From Octopus vulgaris (lineage: Eukaryota), in assembly GCA_951406725.2 (NCBI GenBank), contig OX597823.1, positions 51,708,001-51,772,000 on the forward strand: a stretch of 64,000 nucleotides of DNA, read 5' to 3'. The first letter of the stretch is position 1. Each line of letters opens with the position of its first letter. This document shows, piece by piece, positions 41,093-54,099 of the stretch. Under the pieces are notes generated by a model. The model had not been told where the DNA came from and searched no databases. It saw nothing but the letters and a program-made list of their open reading frames with translations. Both the position numbers and the translations under genes were made by a program.

Positions 41093-41967
41093 CACGCTTG
41101 TGCACGTTCGCGCACGCATACACGTATGCATGCACCACGCTCGTGGGTGACCGACTAGATCTCCTGTACGTATCTGGGGCCGGCGCGTGTCTTTGGGTTC
41201 TCCCACGCCTGTCGCCGCGGGACCACTCTTCCATCTTCCCCTTTCCCCCCCTCTCCGCTGCAGTTTTTTTTCCTTAACCCCCCCTCTTTGTACACACACG
41301 CACACACATACACACACCCACTCACACACACACACATTTGCATATATATATACATTACACTTACACACACTTCAAATTTACTTGCCATACACACAACTAC
41401 GCACACTGGACACACACACACTACCACTCAACACACACACTGGCACGTTACATACGCCCCACCCTTTCCCTCCTTCCCTTCTTCCCTCCTTCCTCCCTTT
41501 TTTTACCACTGACCTCTCACTCGAGACTTGCTATGTCATCCGTTCGCCCTGCACGCACTAACATATACATATTTTTTGTTTTTTTATCTCGCCTCACACA
41601 CACATACACACACGCACACGCACACACTCACACATACATACACACGCACACACACATACCTCCCTGTTTCTGATCCGCCTTTCTGACTTGCTAGGGTACC
41701 CCCACACCACTCCTTTAATTCTACTACTGCCTGCTACTAGCCACTGTCCACCATACACACACATACACACACACGCACACACTCACACACACTCCCTCGT
41801 CATCTCGCCCACCTTTTTTACCATTCCCTCTTTGATTCAGCTCTCCTGTTTTTAAAAACATTTTCCTCCTTTTTTACCACTTCCGTCTTTTTAGTATGTG
41901 ACCTCGTGAAGACTACCTGCAATTTTTTTCCTCTGTCCTCCCGTCTCGGGATCTTTCTTTCTCCTAT

Positions 41968-42002
41968 GTTTCCGACGAAGAGCTCCGCTCGAAACGTCAT
42001 AC
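41968..42002 (+). ncRNA. Minimal hammerhead motif (CCGACGA core variant), same family as 19774
   Basis: GTTT-CCGACGA-A-GAGC-TCC-GCTC-GAAAC-GTC-ATAC. Confidence 0.62.
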
Positions 42003-42249
42003 CCTCCTTCTTCCATTTTCCTGAGCGCCTAATAATAATAATACTGTAATTGTTCCACGTGTTGTTGTTTTTTCTGTTTTCCCGTTTGGATTAACCTTAT
42101 ATATATATATATATATATATACATACATACATACATATATACATACATATATATATATACATACATACATATATACATACATATATATATATATACATAC
42201 ATATATATATACATATATATACATACATTATATACATATATATATATAT

Positions 42250-42280
<31 letters not shown>

Positions 42281-42300
42281 CATACATATATATATATATA

Positions 42301-42331
<31 letters not shown>

Positions 42332-42450
42332 CATATATATATACATACATATATATATATATACATACATATATATATATATATACATACATATATATAT
42401 ACATACATATATATATATATGCATTCATACATATATATATATATATATAT

Positions 42451-42501
<51 letters not shown>

Positions 42502-44604
42502 CAAATATATATATGTCCTCAGTGAGCTCAAATCAGAGGTATTTCACTCAACTTTTATACCCTAGGGTACTACATTATCTGAACTGATTGTCTAATAGTT
42601 TAGATGGAGTTGCTTATCATGTTCATACTAATGCTAGTCTTTAAGGAGTTATTGGGTTTGTAATGGCGGTGGTTGAGTCAGTTTTGGTGTTGATGGATGT
42701 TGTGTTGATAGATCCAACAGCCTATTTGAAGAAACTTTGCATCAGCTATCACCGTGAGGGAGGTAAGGCAAATGAATGCATTGGTTTTAGTATTTATTAT
42801 TTTACCTAATCGACGTATTTGAGAATTTGAATTGGAAAAACCTTCTTCAATAGATCTTGATGTTTTAAACAAAGGCATAAAAATGCAATGCTGAAATTTT
42901 ACGTTGCTCTGGTTCATTAATATAGAGAAATTGTTACTTCAAGCTCTAACTTGCTCGAGTTAAATATTCTCTCTTGATGCTTAACCCGATTATACTACGA
43001 ATTTGTTTTTGTGATCTAACTTGGGAAACGTGGCTATATCAATTTAAACTCGTTATTTGTGCAATAGTTTTGCTTAACGGCATAATGTTGAAGTAGAAAA
43101 TGCACACAATAAAATTTTTGTTACCTATTTAAAAATCCTCATTCGGTTTAATGCAAATGCTTAGCTCTACGGTATCTATACTATATTAGTAGTAATCTGA
43201 TTCGTTCAACTGATCAGATTTAAAAGAAAAATGACAATTAAGCTCAATTATTGTATGATGAGTTTAAGTTGTCGAAGCAGAGAAATAGAATGGCAAGTAT
43301 ATTAATTAGCATCTGACAAAAATGAAATCTACCCATTTATCATTACAATTTAATTTGATTGTTGTAATTTGTTCAATTTTACGTATATTGGATCTCGAAG
43401 TATTCTGTGTATTAGATCAATCTTAAACACTGAGTCGTTCATAAAAGCTGAAAGAGATATAAGTATACTATTATGGTAATAGAACCGCAGTAGAATCACT
43501 GAATCTGAATTGATATTTTGCAAAGCATATACTTTAAAGTGTATTGGAAATAAGAAGCATTTCGTGTATTGGATCAGCGTTAAGCATTCATAAAAGTTCG
43601 TTAAAGTATAAGTCAGTATTGTACAATGGTAATAAAGCATTTAGCGCTTGGCCCTTGAAAATTAAGCACTCATAACTTATGCTATTCTTGATGCTGGTTT
43701 CATACGGCATTAAGTAATAGCAGCTGTTCCTTATATAGTTACTGGCCGGTAATATACGAAGCGATAAACTAATCCGTGGTAAGTGCTTTCTCAGAGATGT
43801 TCCAGTTGTTTTATATACAGACATATATGTACATTTCCACCATAATTTTGCAGCCATGCTATTATCATACCGAAAACTTGGGAATTCCTCAGCAGGAAAA
43901 TTCCCTGAAAACGTCTCGGTACTTCTTTCTCTATATATTCAAGAAGGTTCCTCGTACATGCTCTACAATATTCCTATACACATTTACTATTTATAGAATA
44001 TTAATGTTTCTATCACAGCTCCAAATGCCAGACAGCTATTTTTTGCCTTAGAGTAACCCAATTTAGTTTTAGTTATTAGTTGTGAACAGACATAGCTTTC
44101 AGGGGCAGATAGGTTTATCTCACCATTCAAATATCTCTGAAGTTGACTCAATTTCAATACATTTCAAAACATCGAGAACTGGCACCCCAAGACATCCCTG
44201 TCATGGAGAAGCTGTCAGTAAAGGAATTTTCTAACAATGGGCATGTGACAATCAAAAAAAAAAAAAACAGTCAGAAAAATTTGAATTTTATTTTTGCCAA
44301 ATGCTGTTGAAACAATTTCTTACATAGTCACAAAGTTTTAGATTTAAGGAAGAGAATAGGTGATTATATCGATTTAATCTCTATAAACTCGGAGTACAGA
44401 TGAAAAGCACCATATACAGCGGTTTTCACTCTTTTGTAGCTTAAAAAGCCCTTTATAACGAATTGCATTTTGTATGTTTGAAACAAACTGAAGCTGATTA
44501 TACACATTGACTTGACCAGGAGATGTGGTGATTTGCTATATTTGATAATACGAGTCAAGCTAATTAGAATTGATGTCTTCCACACATACAGGTTTGTCCT
44601 TCAG

Positions 44605-44855
44605 GTACCGGTGCCACTTAAAAATCACCCGTGCCAGTGCTGCATTGATGCACCCGTGCCAATGCTACGTAAACGCACTTGTACCGGTGGCACGTAAAAA
44701 AAGCACTCAGAACACTCTGCTTAGTGTCTGGCTTTAGGAAAGGCATGTCACAACAGACAGTTGGAATCTGAACAACTCTTTGCTAGCCAGTAGCATGTCA
44801 AACCATATAACCCATGCCAGCATGAAAAGAGGACGTTAAACGATGATGATGATGA
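44605..44855 (+). mobile_element. SINE-like family C
   Basis: ACCGGTGGCACGTAAAA..AACCCATGCCAGCATGAAAAGAGGACGTTAAACGATGATGATG. Confidence 0.75.
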
Positions 44856-45593
44856 CATCATCAGTTATGTTTCTACTTACTGATAACAATATACTAATCC
44901 CAAACATAGATTTTCAAAACGTACCTTGTTTAAATACATCATTTCTAAGGTGTTACGTACTGGGACTGGACCTGGAACCATGTGGTTGATAAGCAAACTT
45001 CTTACGGTACAACTACACCTGTGCCTATTTATTTCAATTGAAACACTTTGCCGCTTGAAAGAAGAAGAAAAAAACTGAGAATATTTTACCAAGGTTACCA
45101 TTTGAAATAGAAGGACTGTTTTACTCGCGATAACATTTTAACATAAAGTTTGTGTGCGTGTGTGTGTAAGCGAGCGTGTGTGCGCACGTGCAAATTAGCA
45201 GAATTGTTAGCAAGCTGGACTCAAAGCTTTACAACATTTCATTTGTCTTTATGTTCTCAGTTCAAATGCCGCCAGAGTCGATACATGAACCCCTGTTCAG
45301 ACCGAAAGGGCGATCAACAAAAAGAAGCAAATATTCTGGAAGGTAACACATAAATACAAAAGGAAAAGAAGAAAATGCAAAATGCTGGAAAAGAAGCATA
45401 GTAATACAGCAAGGCAAAAATTAACACAGCAAAGCGAAAATGAGAACATGCACAAAGGTAATTTCATGTGGTTAAGCAAGCTCCCGGTTTGCACTATATC
45501 AGTCAGTTCAGATATAGGTACACGACGACAACTGCGAGTCGTAGTGATGTATTTATGTATATATATATACATATATTTGTATATACATATATT

Positions 45594-45649
<56 letters not shown>

Positions 45650-45678
45650 CATATATTTGTATATACATATATTTGTAT

Positions 45679-46284
45679 ACTCTTTTACTCTTTTACTTGT
45701 TTCAGCCATCCGGCTGAGGCCATGCTGGGGCACCGCCCTTGTTGGTACCCTCTCTAAGTCCAGTTTGCCGTGGCTGGCCACTGATCTAAGAGAGAGTTTG
45801 TAGCTGCTGCCCTTAGGTTACCTTCGTACCTTGCAGTGGGTTCATCTGGGATCCCGGAAAGCAGCTTGTCTAGATGTTTTTTGAAAATGTCCACATCCGC
45901 ATCATGTAGATCTCTTAGTTTTCTTGGCAGTTTGTTGAACAGCTGAGGGCCCCTGAACCCCAGGCTATTACAGTATCTGCTCCTTACCCTGGATGTGGAA
46001 GACGGGACCTTTGGCACCACACTGTGACGTCCTGTACGGGGATTGGAACAGCTCTCAATTCCAAAATTTGGTGCTAGTCCCTCCAGGATTTTCCATATGT
46101 ATATCACTGCATATCTCTCTCGTCTTCGTTCCAAGGAGTACAAATTGAGTTCCCTAAGCCTCTCCCAATAGTTCTTTTCTTTCATGGTGGAAATCCTCTT
46201 GGTGAAATGTCTTTGGATTGTCTCAAGCTCTGTGGTTAGTTTGACACTATGCGGTGACCACAGTTGGGAGCAGTAGTCCAGGCG
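45679..46284 (-). mobile_element. Second CR1-type LINE 3' fragment (open post-RT ORF plus 3' tail)
   Basis: WRTFVLSRLDYCSQLWSP..LETIQRHFTKRI continues in frame into ORF 45754-46185 (NYWERLRELNLYSLERRRERY); tail ..GGCTGAAACAAGTAAAAGAGTAAAAGAG. Confidence 0.9.
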
Positions 46285-46566
46285 GCTTAGGACAAATGTC
46301 CTCCATATATATATATATAATAGAAATATGTTTCAAAAAGAAAATAGAAACTACACGTGGAAAATATATGTGGAAAGTATGAAAAAAAAAGCGAAAATGC
46401 ACATTGAATATAAAAAAAATAATAATAATAAAGGCTATATATGAAGAGTAGCGATAAATAAATACAATTAGATGAACTGAGGTATATACATGCATATATA
46501 TATGTATATAAATATATATGTAAATATATATATATATATGTGTGTGTGTGTATATATATGTGTGTG

Positions 46567-46597
<31 letters not shown>

Positions 46598-46865
46598 GTG
46601 TATATATATGTGTGTTTATATATATATATGTATATATATATATGTATATATACATATATGTATTTAAGTATGTATGTGTATATATATATAAATATATATG
46701 TATGTATATATATAAACAATTCATAAATAAGGTCAAACGAAAAAATTCCTAATGCCAAATATGCAGAAAAATTGGACATATTGTCCATTAACCATATAAT
46801 TTTTCACAATACGCACGCTACTCGAAAAAAGGTCGACAGAAATTTCTAAAAAATTCCATTATTAC

Positions 46866-46924
46866 CATATCGGACCGATTTCAGGGTTAGCTCATAACAG
46901 CCCTCCCTTCGTCAGTGATACATG
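46866..46924 (-). ncRNA. Type I hammerhead ribozyme motif
   Basis: Minus strand TGTATCA-CTGACGA-AGGG..CCCT-GAAA-TCG-GTC-CGATATG: core nearly intact, ~6-bp stem I, GUC cleavage triplet. Confidence 0.65.
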
Positions 46925-47217
46925 TGGCAAAAGAAATAAATGAGACACTTATTCATACCCATGGAAGAAGCAAACACTAAGTCATGAGCACAATTAAGTA
47001 CCCCAAATACATCCAAAATAGAAATACTCCAGCCCATTCGAGACACGTGCGATTTGAACTGAGGCCCCCACAGAGTGAGAGAGTCCGGAAGTGAACGCTT
47101 ACATTTATATCTCTAAATATAAATTTAAGATATAAATTTAAGTGTATGTATATATAGATATATATATATATATATATGTATGTATAGATAGATATGTGTG
47201 TAATATGTCTATATATA

Positions 47218-47253
<36 letters not shown>

Positions 47254-47602
47254 TGTATATATATGTATATACATACATATATATTCTTATGAAATGAGAA
47301 ATAAGGATAGCTTCTAACAATGTAATTTTGTTTTTAAATAAATGAACGTTTACATATATCCTGCCATTTGGAATAGTTTCTGCGTTGTTATAAGGATTCT
47401 TTACGTCTCAGTGCATTTGTTATGCAAAAGGCTTACTACATGGTTTCAAGCACACTACATATCTTATATATATATATATATATGGAACAAGAACGCAACA
47501 GGTGACAACAAAACACCGGGATACAAAAAAAGGACAGGAAAAAACAAGTACGGGTCATTCAGAGCTTTCTTTAGTCGAGTTCCGTATTATTTTTCGTTCT
47601 TT

Positions 47603-47806
47603 TTTTCAGGATTAAATAAAAAGAGAAACGGAAAATATGACATACCTATATATATAATTAAAGAAATACGTGTAGTAAATAAAGAAGCGAACATATATCT
47701 TCATTAGTATATGTTCGTTTATTTATTTGCTACGCGTTTTTCTATATTATATATATATATGCATGTCATATTTTCCGTTTGAAGTTTTTTTTATTTAATC
47801 CTGAAA
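47603..47806. repeat. Long imperfect hairpin (~95-bp arms, ~10-nt loop)
   Basis: TTTTCAGGATTAAATAAAAA..AAACGGAAAATATGACAT..GCGAACATATA mirrored by TATATGTTCG..ATGTCATATTTTCCGTTT..TTTATTTAATCCTGAAAA. Confidence 0.85.
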
Positions 47807-50800
47807 ATATTATTTATGTAACGCACGCACTCATTAAGTTTTTTACACACACACACACACACGTATATATATATATATATATATATATAGGTAAAGTTCA
47901 GTCGTCACCAATTGCGAGTTAAGGTGCTGGGTATCACCTACATTGCTAGAAATAGGAGGTAAATCCTTAAAACTGTTAAAAAGCACATTTTCATATGCTG
48001 AAGGGGGAAATAACCACCCCACAAGCGAAGCTAGACTCACCGGACGAGACTACTTTCGTCTGAAATTTAGACACTCGAGAGTAGTGACTACCCGTTCGCC
48101 AGATAGGCTTAGCTAAATCCAGACTGTTATTATATATATTTGCTATATAAATTTACGGCGTAGTTAACGGAATGCTAATGTGAAAATTACAAAATAATGT
48201 GGGCAGTTATAAGCAATATAAAACCAAAACTGAAAAATACAATCGTCACTAATTTGTGACTGAGGGTGCTGGGTAGCGCCTATATTGCTAGAAATAAGAG
48301 TTCTTTTTAGTTTTATATTCTGTGTAGCTGCTTATGTTATTTTATACACACATACACGCACACAATCCTCCAAAACTGATAGGAGGCAAATATTCTCAAA
48401 CTAGAGATCTAGTATGACTGTTTGTTACCAACACCCAAAACACTAGCTGGCGGTGTTAAACCGGGTAAGAGATTAAGTCGACCACCCAAATCTTTATCAA
48501 CTTGATAATCTACTGAAGATATTCATTCTCTATAGCTTTAGAACATTACTGGAATTGTGTAGATTCTTTCAAGCTGTATTTCCTTAAACATTTGTGCAGA
48601 CACATTATCATCTTCAACACTGATGTCCAATTCCAGTTAAAAAGCTTCTAAAGAGTTCAAAAGACCGTTTTATCCTTTGTGAAAATCTAAACCCGAAGAT
48701 AACCTGCTACCTTTTAGCTAACGCTTTCTGTATCATAATGATCCAAACAGACGACAATGTTGATTAAAGATAACTTTAGATAGGACTTCGGTTTATTGCA
48801 GTAAGTTTTCCATGTGAGAAGAATTACATTAGAATTATATGCCAACATAATATACAACAATCCCACAGCATTTCTATTTCTTACAGTAATGTATTTTACC
48901 AGTTCTACTTTCAATGTGGTAGAGAGAAAAACCCCAGAGCAGCGTTCGGTGTAATAATTACGAATGCTGTAAATACATATACCCACATATGTGAGGTGAA
49001 AAAGATCTTCGCTCATTAAACATTATCCAAACAATTAGCACACAAAAATTTCTTCTTTGGATATTAAAAATCTTCACTATAAAAATAAGTGACGGCACCC
49101 CATGACCACGTGACTAATAATCTACAACATTATTGACTAAAAGTGGCTCTCAACTGCAAATTCTGCTCTAATTCTATTCCATATCCCTCGTAGATTGGAA
49201 GATATGGTTAAAAAATTAATATTTACAATATATAACTTTAAAACCTTTCGTGGAAAGTTGTATGTGGCCAATTCATATGTATTTCATATTATTTTTATAT
49301 CCGAATGTTACTTCCTAATACTGAATGTGAAGCGGAGTAATTAATTTTAACCGATGAGATAAAAATATCAAATAATGATTGAATGATAAAGGCAACGACT
49401 CTGTGCGCACGCAAGCGTATATATGTGTGTGTGTGTGTGTGTGTATGTGTGTGTATACGTATCTGGTTATGAATGTGTCAATGTAACTGGAACAGTCCTA
49501 TCTTTCACGCATGTATGCGTGCATATAATACAAGTTTGTACATATACTGACGCAATAAAGCAGCACAGCACAGAATTGCAAAGATATAAAAACAGATATA
49601 AAATAATAATAAAAAAATAAAAGCAATTCCAAGTCGGCCATTCTTTAGATGGATCAAAACTGATAACAATATATATACTATAGCGGTTTACGGTATCAAA
49701 TGACCAGGCGAAAGCCATCAGTTTTTAAGTTAGCATCACTGAACTAGTTGCTGGAAGTATTCCAAAATCTCAGCAAGATCTTTTAGAGATTTGTTCTTTC
49801 GCATCCTTGATTCTACACTAATAAAATCTCTAGGTTTCACTGTTTTTCAACGATGTCAACTCTTTTCTTATAAAGTAATGCCTTCTTTTAATTACGTTTC
49901 CATTTTTATGCCTATTTGATGTGGGAATTTGGAAATAACTCTCTCCGCATTGTAAGTACTGAATTATTTTGTGTGTGTGTGTGTGTGTGTTTGTGCGTGC
50001 ACGCACTCAAACGCACTTAAATGCACATACGTATACAAACTAGAGGAAAGGCACACATCACGTATCATGGAGTTTAAATATTTATGTTAACAGCTTGACA
50101 CGTGTCATGGAGTGTGCATGAGTGTGTTTGTGCGTGTATATGTACATAGGTACATAGATAGAGAATAGAAGCTGCTTATTATAATGATGACTGGTGTAAG
50201 AAAAAATTAGTGTAATAAAAATCAATGATTCCTCAACAATTTTTTACGAACTTTTAGCTTGGTGTTGTTATCGAAAATGTTTCATCACAACGTGACCATA
50301 AGAATTAACTTCTATACCTATTTATGTGTAACAAGCAAGTTATAACATGTGAGATGTAGCAAGTAGTAAATTTCTGATGTATTGAAATAAATTGTTCCGT
50401 AATTATATAATTGCAACGTTTCGTAATTACATAATTGCAACGAGTTGGAAGAAATCATACAAGTTCGTGTCGTGAATGATAGTTTTCATCGAAAATCTCT
50501 TGTGCAGTCTTAATGGTAGTTTCCCATCGAGCCGAAGGAAGAAAATAAGGGATACATGGGTCATGAAAAAGAAGTTTCTTAGTAAGTGTGTATGAAAGTT
50601 AAGTCTCGGCGAAGTTGCCAACGGTGTCGGAAGAACTGGCTGTGTGTTTACAAGTATCACTAATACGTACCTGTGTCAAAGCCGAATAAGGTAATTGAAG
50701 TTAGAATTAAATGGGTTTATTTAGATACAATTCTCTTTCGCGTAAGACGATGGCAGATTTGTCATATAGAGCAAATAGATTGTAGGTGTACATTCCGAAA

Positions 50801-51229
50801 GCAATGGAAGCAAATGTATGCAGACCGAGGAGGTCTTGGTCATCCGTCGAATAATTTTCGTGTGAGAGAATTTGAAAAAAAAAAAAAAAGGCCGGAGCAA
50901 AATGAAATACCTGAAAGTGATCATAAAAGGTTTTTTTTAAAAGTAAAGCAAATCGGAATATCGAAGTGAGCGTAAAAACAAAGTATAAAACACTTAAAGT
51001 GAAAGCCTCATAGATGGATATGTTTTGGTGAGAAGTAAAAGCCAGGTAAATGAACCTCTTACGTGTAGGGCATAACATAACCAGCATCAAATTTGTATAA
51101 AATTACTGTCACAGTATATGTGCAAGCTTTATGCTAATCCTATGTTCAAACTCTCATTTCCTTTGTTTACTAGGGATTCGAAACCTCAACCGGCAGATAA
51201 TCGTTCAGGCACCACAAGTAAACCACCAT

Positions 51230-51340
51230 TGCTTCACGTGATTGGTCTATTAAGTGAAGAATCAGCGTGCAACCAATCGACGTGACATAGTTTTCTCAAC
51301 CTTTCGAGAATTTGGCTTCCGGTCTCCTATAAAAATCGTT
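51230..51340 (+). promoter_or_regulatory. Candidate RNA Pol II promoter
   Basis: Within ~100 bp: E-box CACGTG (51235-40), ATTGG (51241-45), CCAAT (51273-77), GACGTGAC (51279-86), phased HSE-like TTC/TTC/GAA (51293-51310), ETS CTTCCGG (51316-22) and TATAAAA (51328-34); locally CpG-retaining. Confidence 0.6.
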
Positions 51341-51354
51341 TGGAGCACACTTTA

Positions 51355-51646
51355 GAGCGCAGCCCGCCAAGGACCTCTGTCTCCACGGATATCTGTGCAG
51401 TTGACTTCGTATAGTTTTGGGCCGACTGCATGTTTCCACGCATATAGCCTTCTGTAATTTTAGAGCAGTTGTCTATTTCCCAGTCAGTAATTATTAATGT
51501 TAATTGTAAATAGCCAACACCAAATATCTTTATGTCCAGCAATAAATGTTCTCATGCTTGCTTCAGTTATTATTCATGCAGACAGCGAAATATATCTTAA
51601 TTTACCAGCTCCACACAGTATCAACAAAGTAACCATTGCGACAGTT
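51355..51646 (+). other. Putative first exon (largely untranslated) ending at a GTAAGT donor
   Basis: Unique non-repetitive sequence starting ~25-30 nt after the TATA box; TT|GTAAGT at 51646/51647. No downstream exon recognised. Confidence 0.35.
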
Positions 51647-52352
51647 GTAAGTATTAAAAAGCAAAACTTCAGAATATGTGACCTCTGTGAGAAAAGAATC
51701 GGTCACTAAGTCCAGTCTTATATAAAAGCACATGTATATATGCACATGCGTATGCGTGTGTACGAATTTGCGTGCATGTTGAGCCAATTGCGAGAGATTT
51801 TGGAGTCTGTTACATTGGTTTTCGAACATTATTTCAGGTCTCTGCGCTTTAGGTTCAAACCCACCGTTCATCTTTTTGGAATCGATAAGTAACAGTCTAG
51901 TACTGCAATCGATCCTTCTTTCTTTGCCTTTTCGCTCTCTTTCTCTCTCCCTCTCTCTCAGCATTTCTCTCTCTCTCTCTCTCTCTCTGTTTCTAAGAGA
52001 CATTGGCTGTGATTGGATCTGTTCTTAAATCTGCCTATGACAAGCTGAATGTGAGGACCGCATTCATACGATTCCAGATGCAGCACCAGCCAATATTTTC
52101 TAGAACGAGAGACAGACAGTCAGATACACGGACAGAAAGAAGTGAGAGATGAAGAGGAAGTTAATGGACTCTGCTTTAGGATTGATACTTTACAAATTCC
52201 GAAAAGCAAAATTTGAAGCCAAAACGGATCAACCCGAAACGATTACTGCAAAGCAAACAACTCTACATATTGACCACCTCTATCTCTCTCTATATATATA
52301 TATATTTTATATGTATGTATGTATCTATCTATCTTTATATACACGTACATAT

Positions 52353-52459
<107 letters not shown>

Positions 52460-52480
52460 TATGCATATATATACATACAC

Positions 52481-52512
<32 letters not shown>

Positions 52513-52516
52513 CTAT

Positions 52517-52587
<71 letters not shown>

Positions 52588-52864
52588 GATAAGAGTAAAT
52601 AATTTCTATAAAGGCTTTTAAAAAAACCCCAATTATTTACTGGAAGAATTCGGTATGTAAATATAGCCGATTACCGGCAGGAACTTCTGTAAAGTTCAGT
52701 ATATATATTGTATATAAGAAAAAGGGACAGGCAAAACAGGTTGCTTGACCGCATACCGAAAAAATAGAAATAGCAGTCAAGAATGCTTATTTCTATCAAA
52801 GTTGGACTCCGGGCATGACAGACCCTGTAATTCACATATGCAAAACAGAAGGAATAGATAACGA

Positions 52865-53097
52865 ATACGAAGTCTGGCGGTTATCTGTGAACATCATGTT
52901 TCTGGATTATAAACATATTGAATATACTTTCTTCAAATATTTTGATGTCGCATGGTCAGAAGGTTTGAGGTACGTAGCATTTGATAAATCTATGATAAAT
53001 CTTTTTCAATGGAAAGCTGTGCTAAAAATATATGGAATATATATTCAATATGTTTATAATCCAGAAACATGATGTTCACAGATAACCGCCAGACTTC

Positions 53098-53101
<4 letters not shown>
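52865..53101. repeat. Perfect 62-bp inverted repeat with 113-bp spacer
   Basis: ATACGAAGTCTGGCGGTTATCTGTGAACATCATGTTTCTGGATTATAAACATATTGAATATA (52865-52926) and its exact reverse complement (53040-53101). Confidence 0.92.
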
Positions 53102-53147
<46 letters not shown>

Positions 53148-53233
53148 GGAAAGTTTACGAAAATGAACAAAAGACGAAGGCAGGTGGAGTACAAACAAAT
53201 GTATTAGTATAGCGCTCAGATAAAATAGAAAAG

Positions 53234-53271
53234 TCTTTTACGTTTCGAACCTACGCTCTTCGACAGAAAGA
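53234..53271 (-). ncRNA. Minimal hammerhead-like motif with variant core CUGUCGA, in a PLE-type repeat (~53145-53350)
   Basis: Minus strand TCTTT-CTGTCGA-A-GAGC-GTAG-GTTC-GAAAC-GTA-AAAGA: 5-bp stem I, 4-bp stem II. Confidence 0.62.
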
Positions 53272-53384
53272 TACACAGAAAAAAAAAGAGAGAAACAAGG
53301 AGAGAAAAAAAATGCATGTAGGAGCTAACGATCTATCATGGCGTCCTGACTTTGGACAGTGGTCATATATATATATATTTATTT

Positions 53385-53800
53385 GGGCCAATCTTGGACT
53401 TTCCAGCATGACAGCGACTCGAAATACAACTTGCACCTAACCAGAGATTATACTAGGTCTAAGAGAGTTCGGTTGATGCAGTGACCGACACAGTCGCCCG
53501 AACTAAATCCCATCGAAAATCTTTGGGAAAGGTTGGGCAGAGCTTTCAAAGTAGTAAGCCAAAGAAAAAGGTCAATTTTTAAACATTATTTGCCAAAATT
53601 GGGAAAATATCTGAGGAACAGTGATAAATGATCTGAACCATTCTGTTTCGCAGAGGATATTGAAAATCTGTGGGCCTTTAAAGCCTAGGCTTTGCAATAT
53701 CTTGTCCTATATCGTGATGGCAAATTTGGAGTCTTTGACACTATGCAGTGTATTAAGAAATTTTGAATACCCAACCAAATTCTGATTATGTGAGCTTATC
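53385..53800 (+). mobile_element. Tc1-like (DD34E) transposase remnant
   Basis: FQHDSDSK (~53401-53425) and PTQSPELNPIENLW (~53485-53526) resemble FQQDNDPKH and WPSQSPDLNPIENLW. Confidence 0.7.
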
Positions 53801-54044
53801 ATTGTTTTTTGTTGATCACTGAATAAACAAATCGTTCTTAAGTCAAATGGTGCTATAAATTACGATAATTAAGATTTATTTATAGTTTAAAATTAATATG
53901 CTGACATTATGCTGTAAATTCGCATACCACATTAAAGCTCGTGAAATTTTTGATATACATCTTAATTCACAATTTACAACATGAATATATAAAAAAAATG
54001 CCATTTTAACATTAGTATAGTAGCATTCTTAAATTAAATGTCGC

Positions 54045-54099
<55 letters not shown>

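Noticed and set aside
41170-41230. HDV-like ribozyme suggested by GGCCGGC in a GC-rich patch
   Set aside because: I could not build P1, P2 and P1.1 pairings convincingly.
48030-48075. Additional hammerhead (CGGACGA-GAC..GTC-TGAAA); also CTGATGA inside the MITE at ~57110
   Set aside because: Core, stem I and stem III are too degenerate, or GAAA is absent; not counted.
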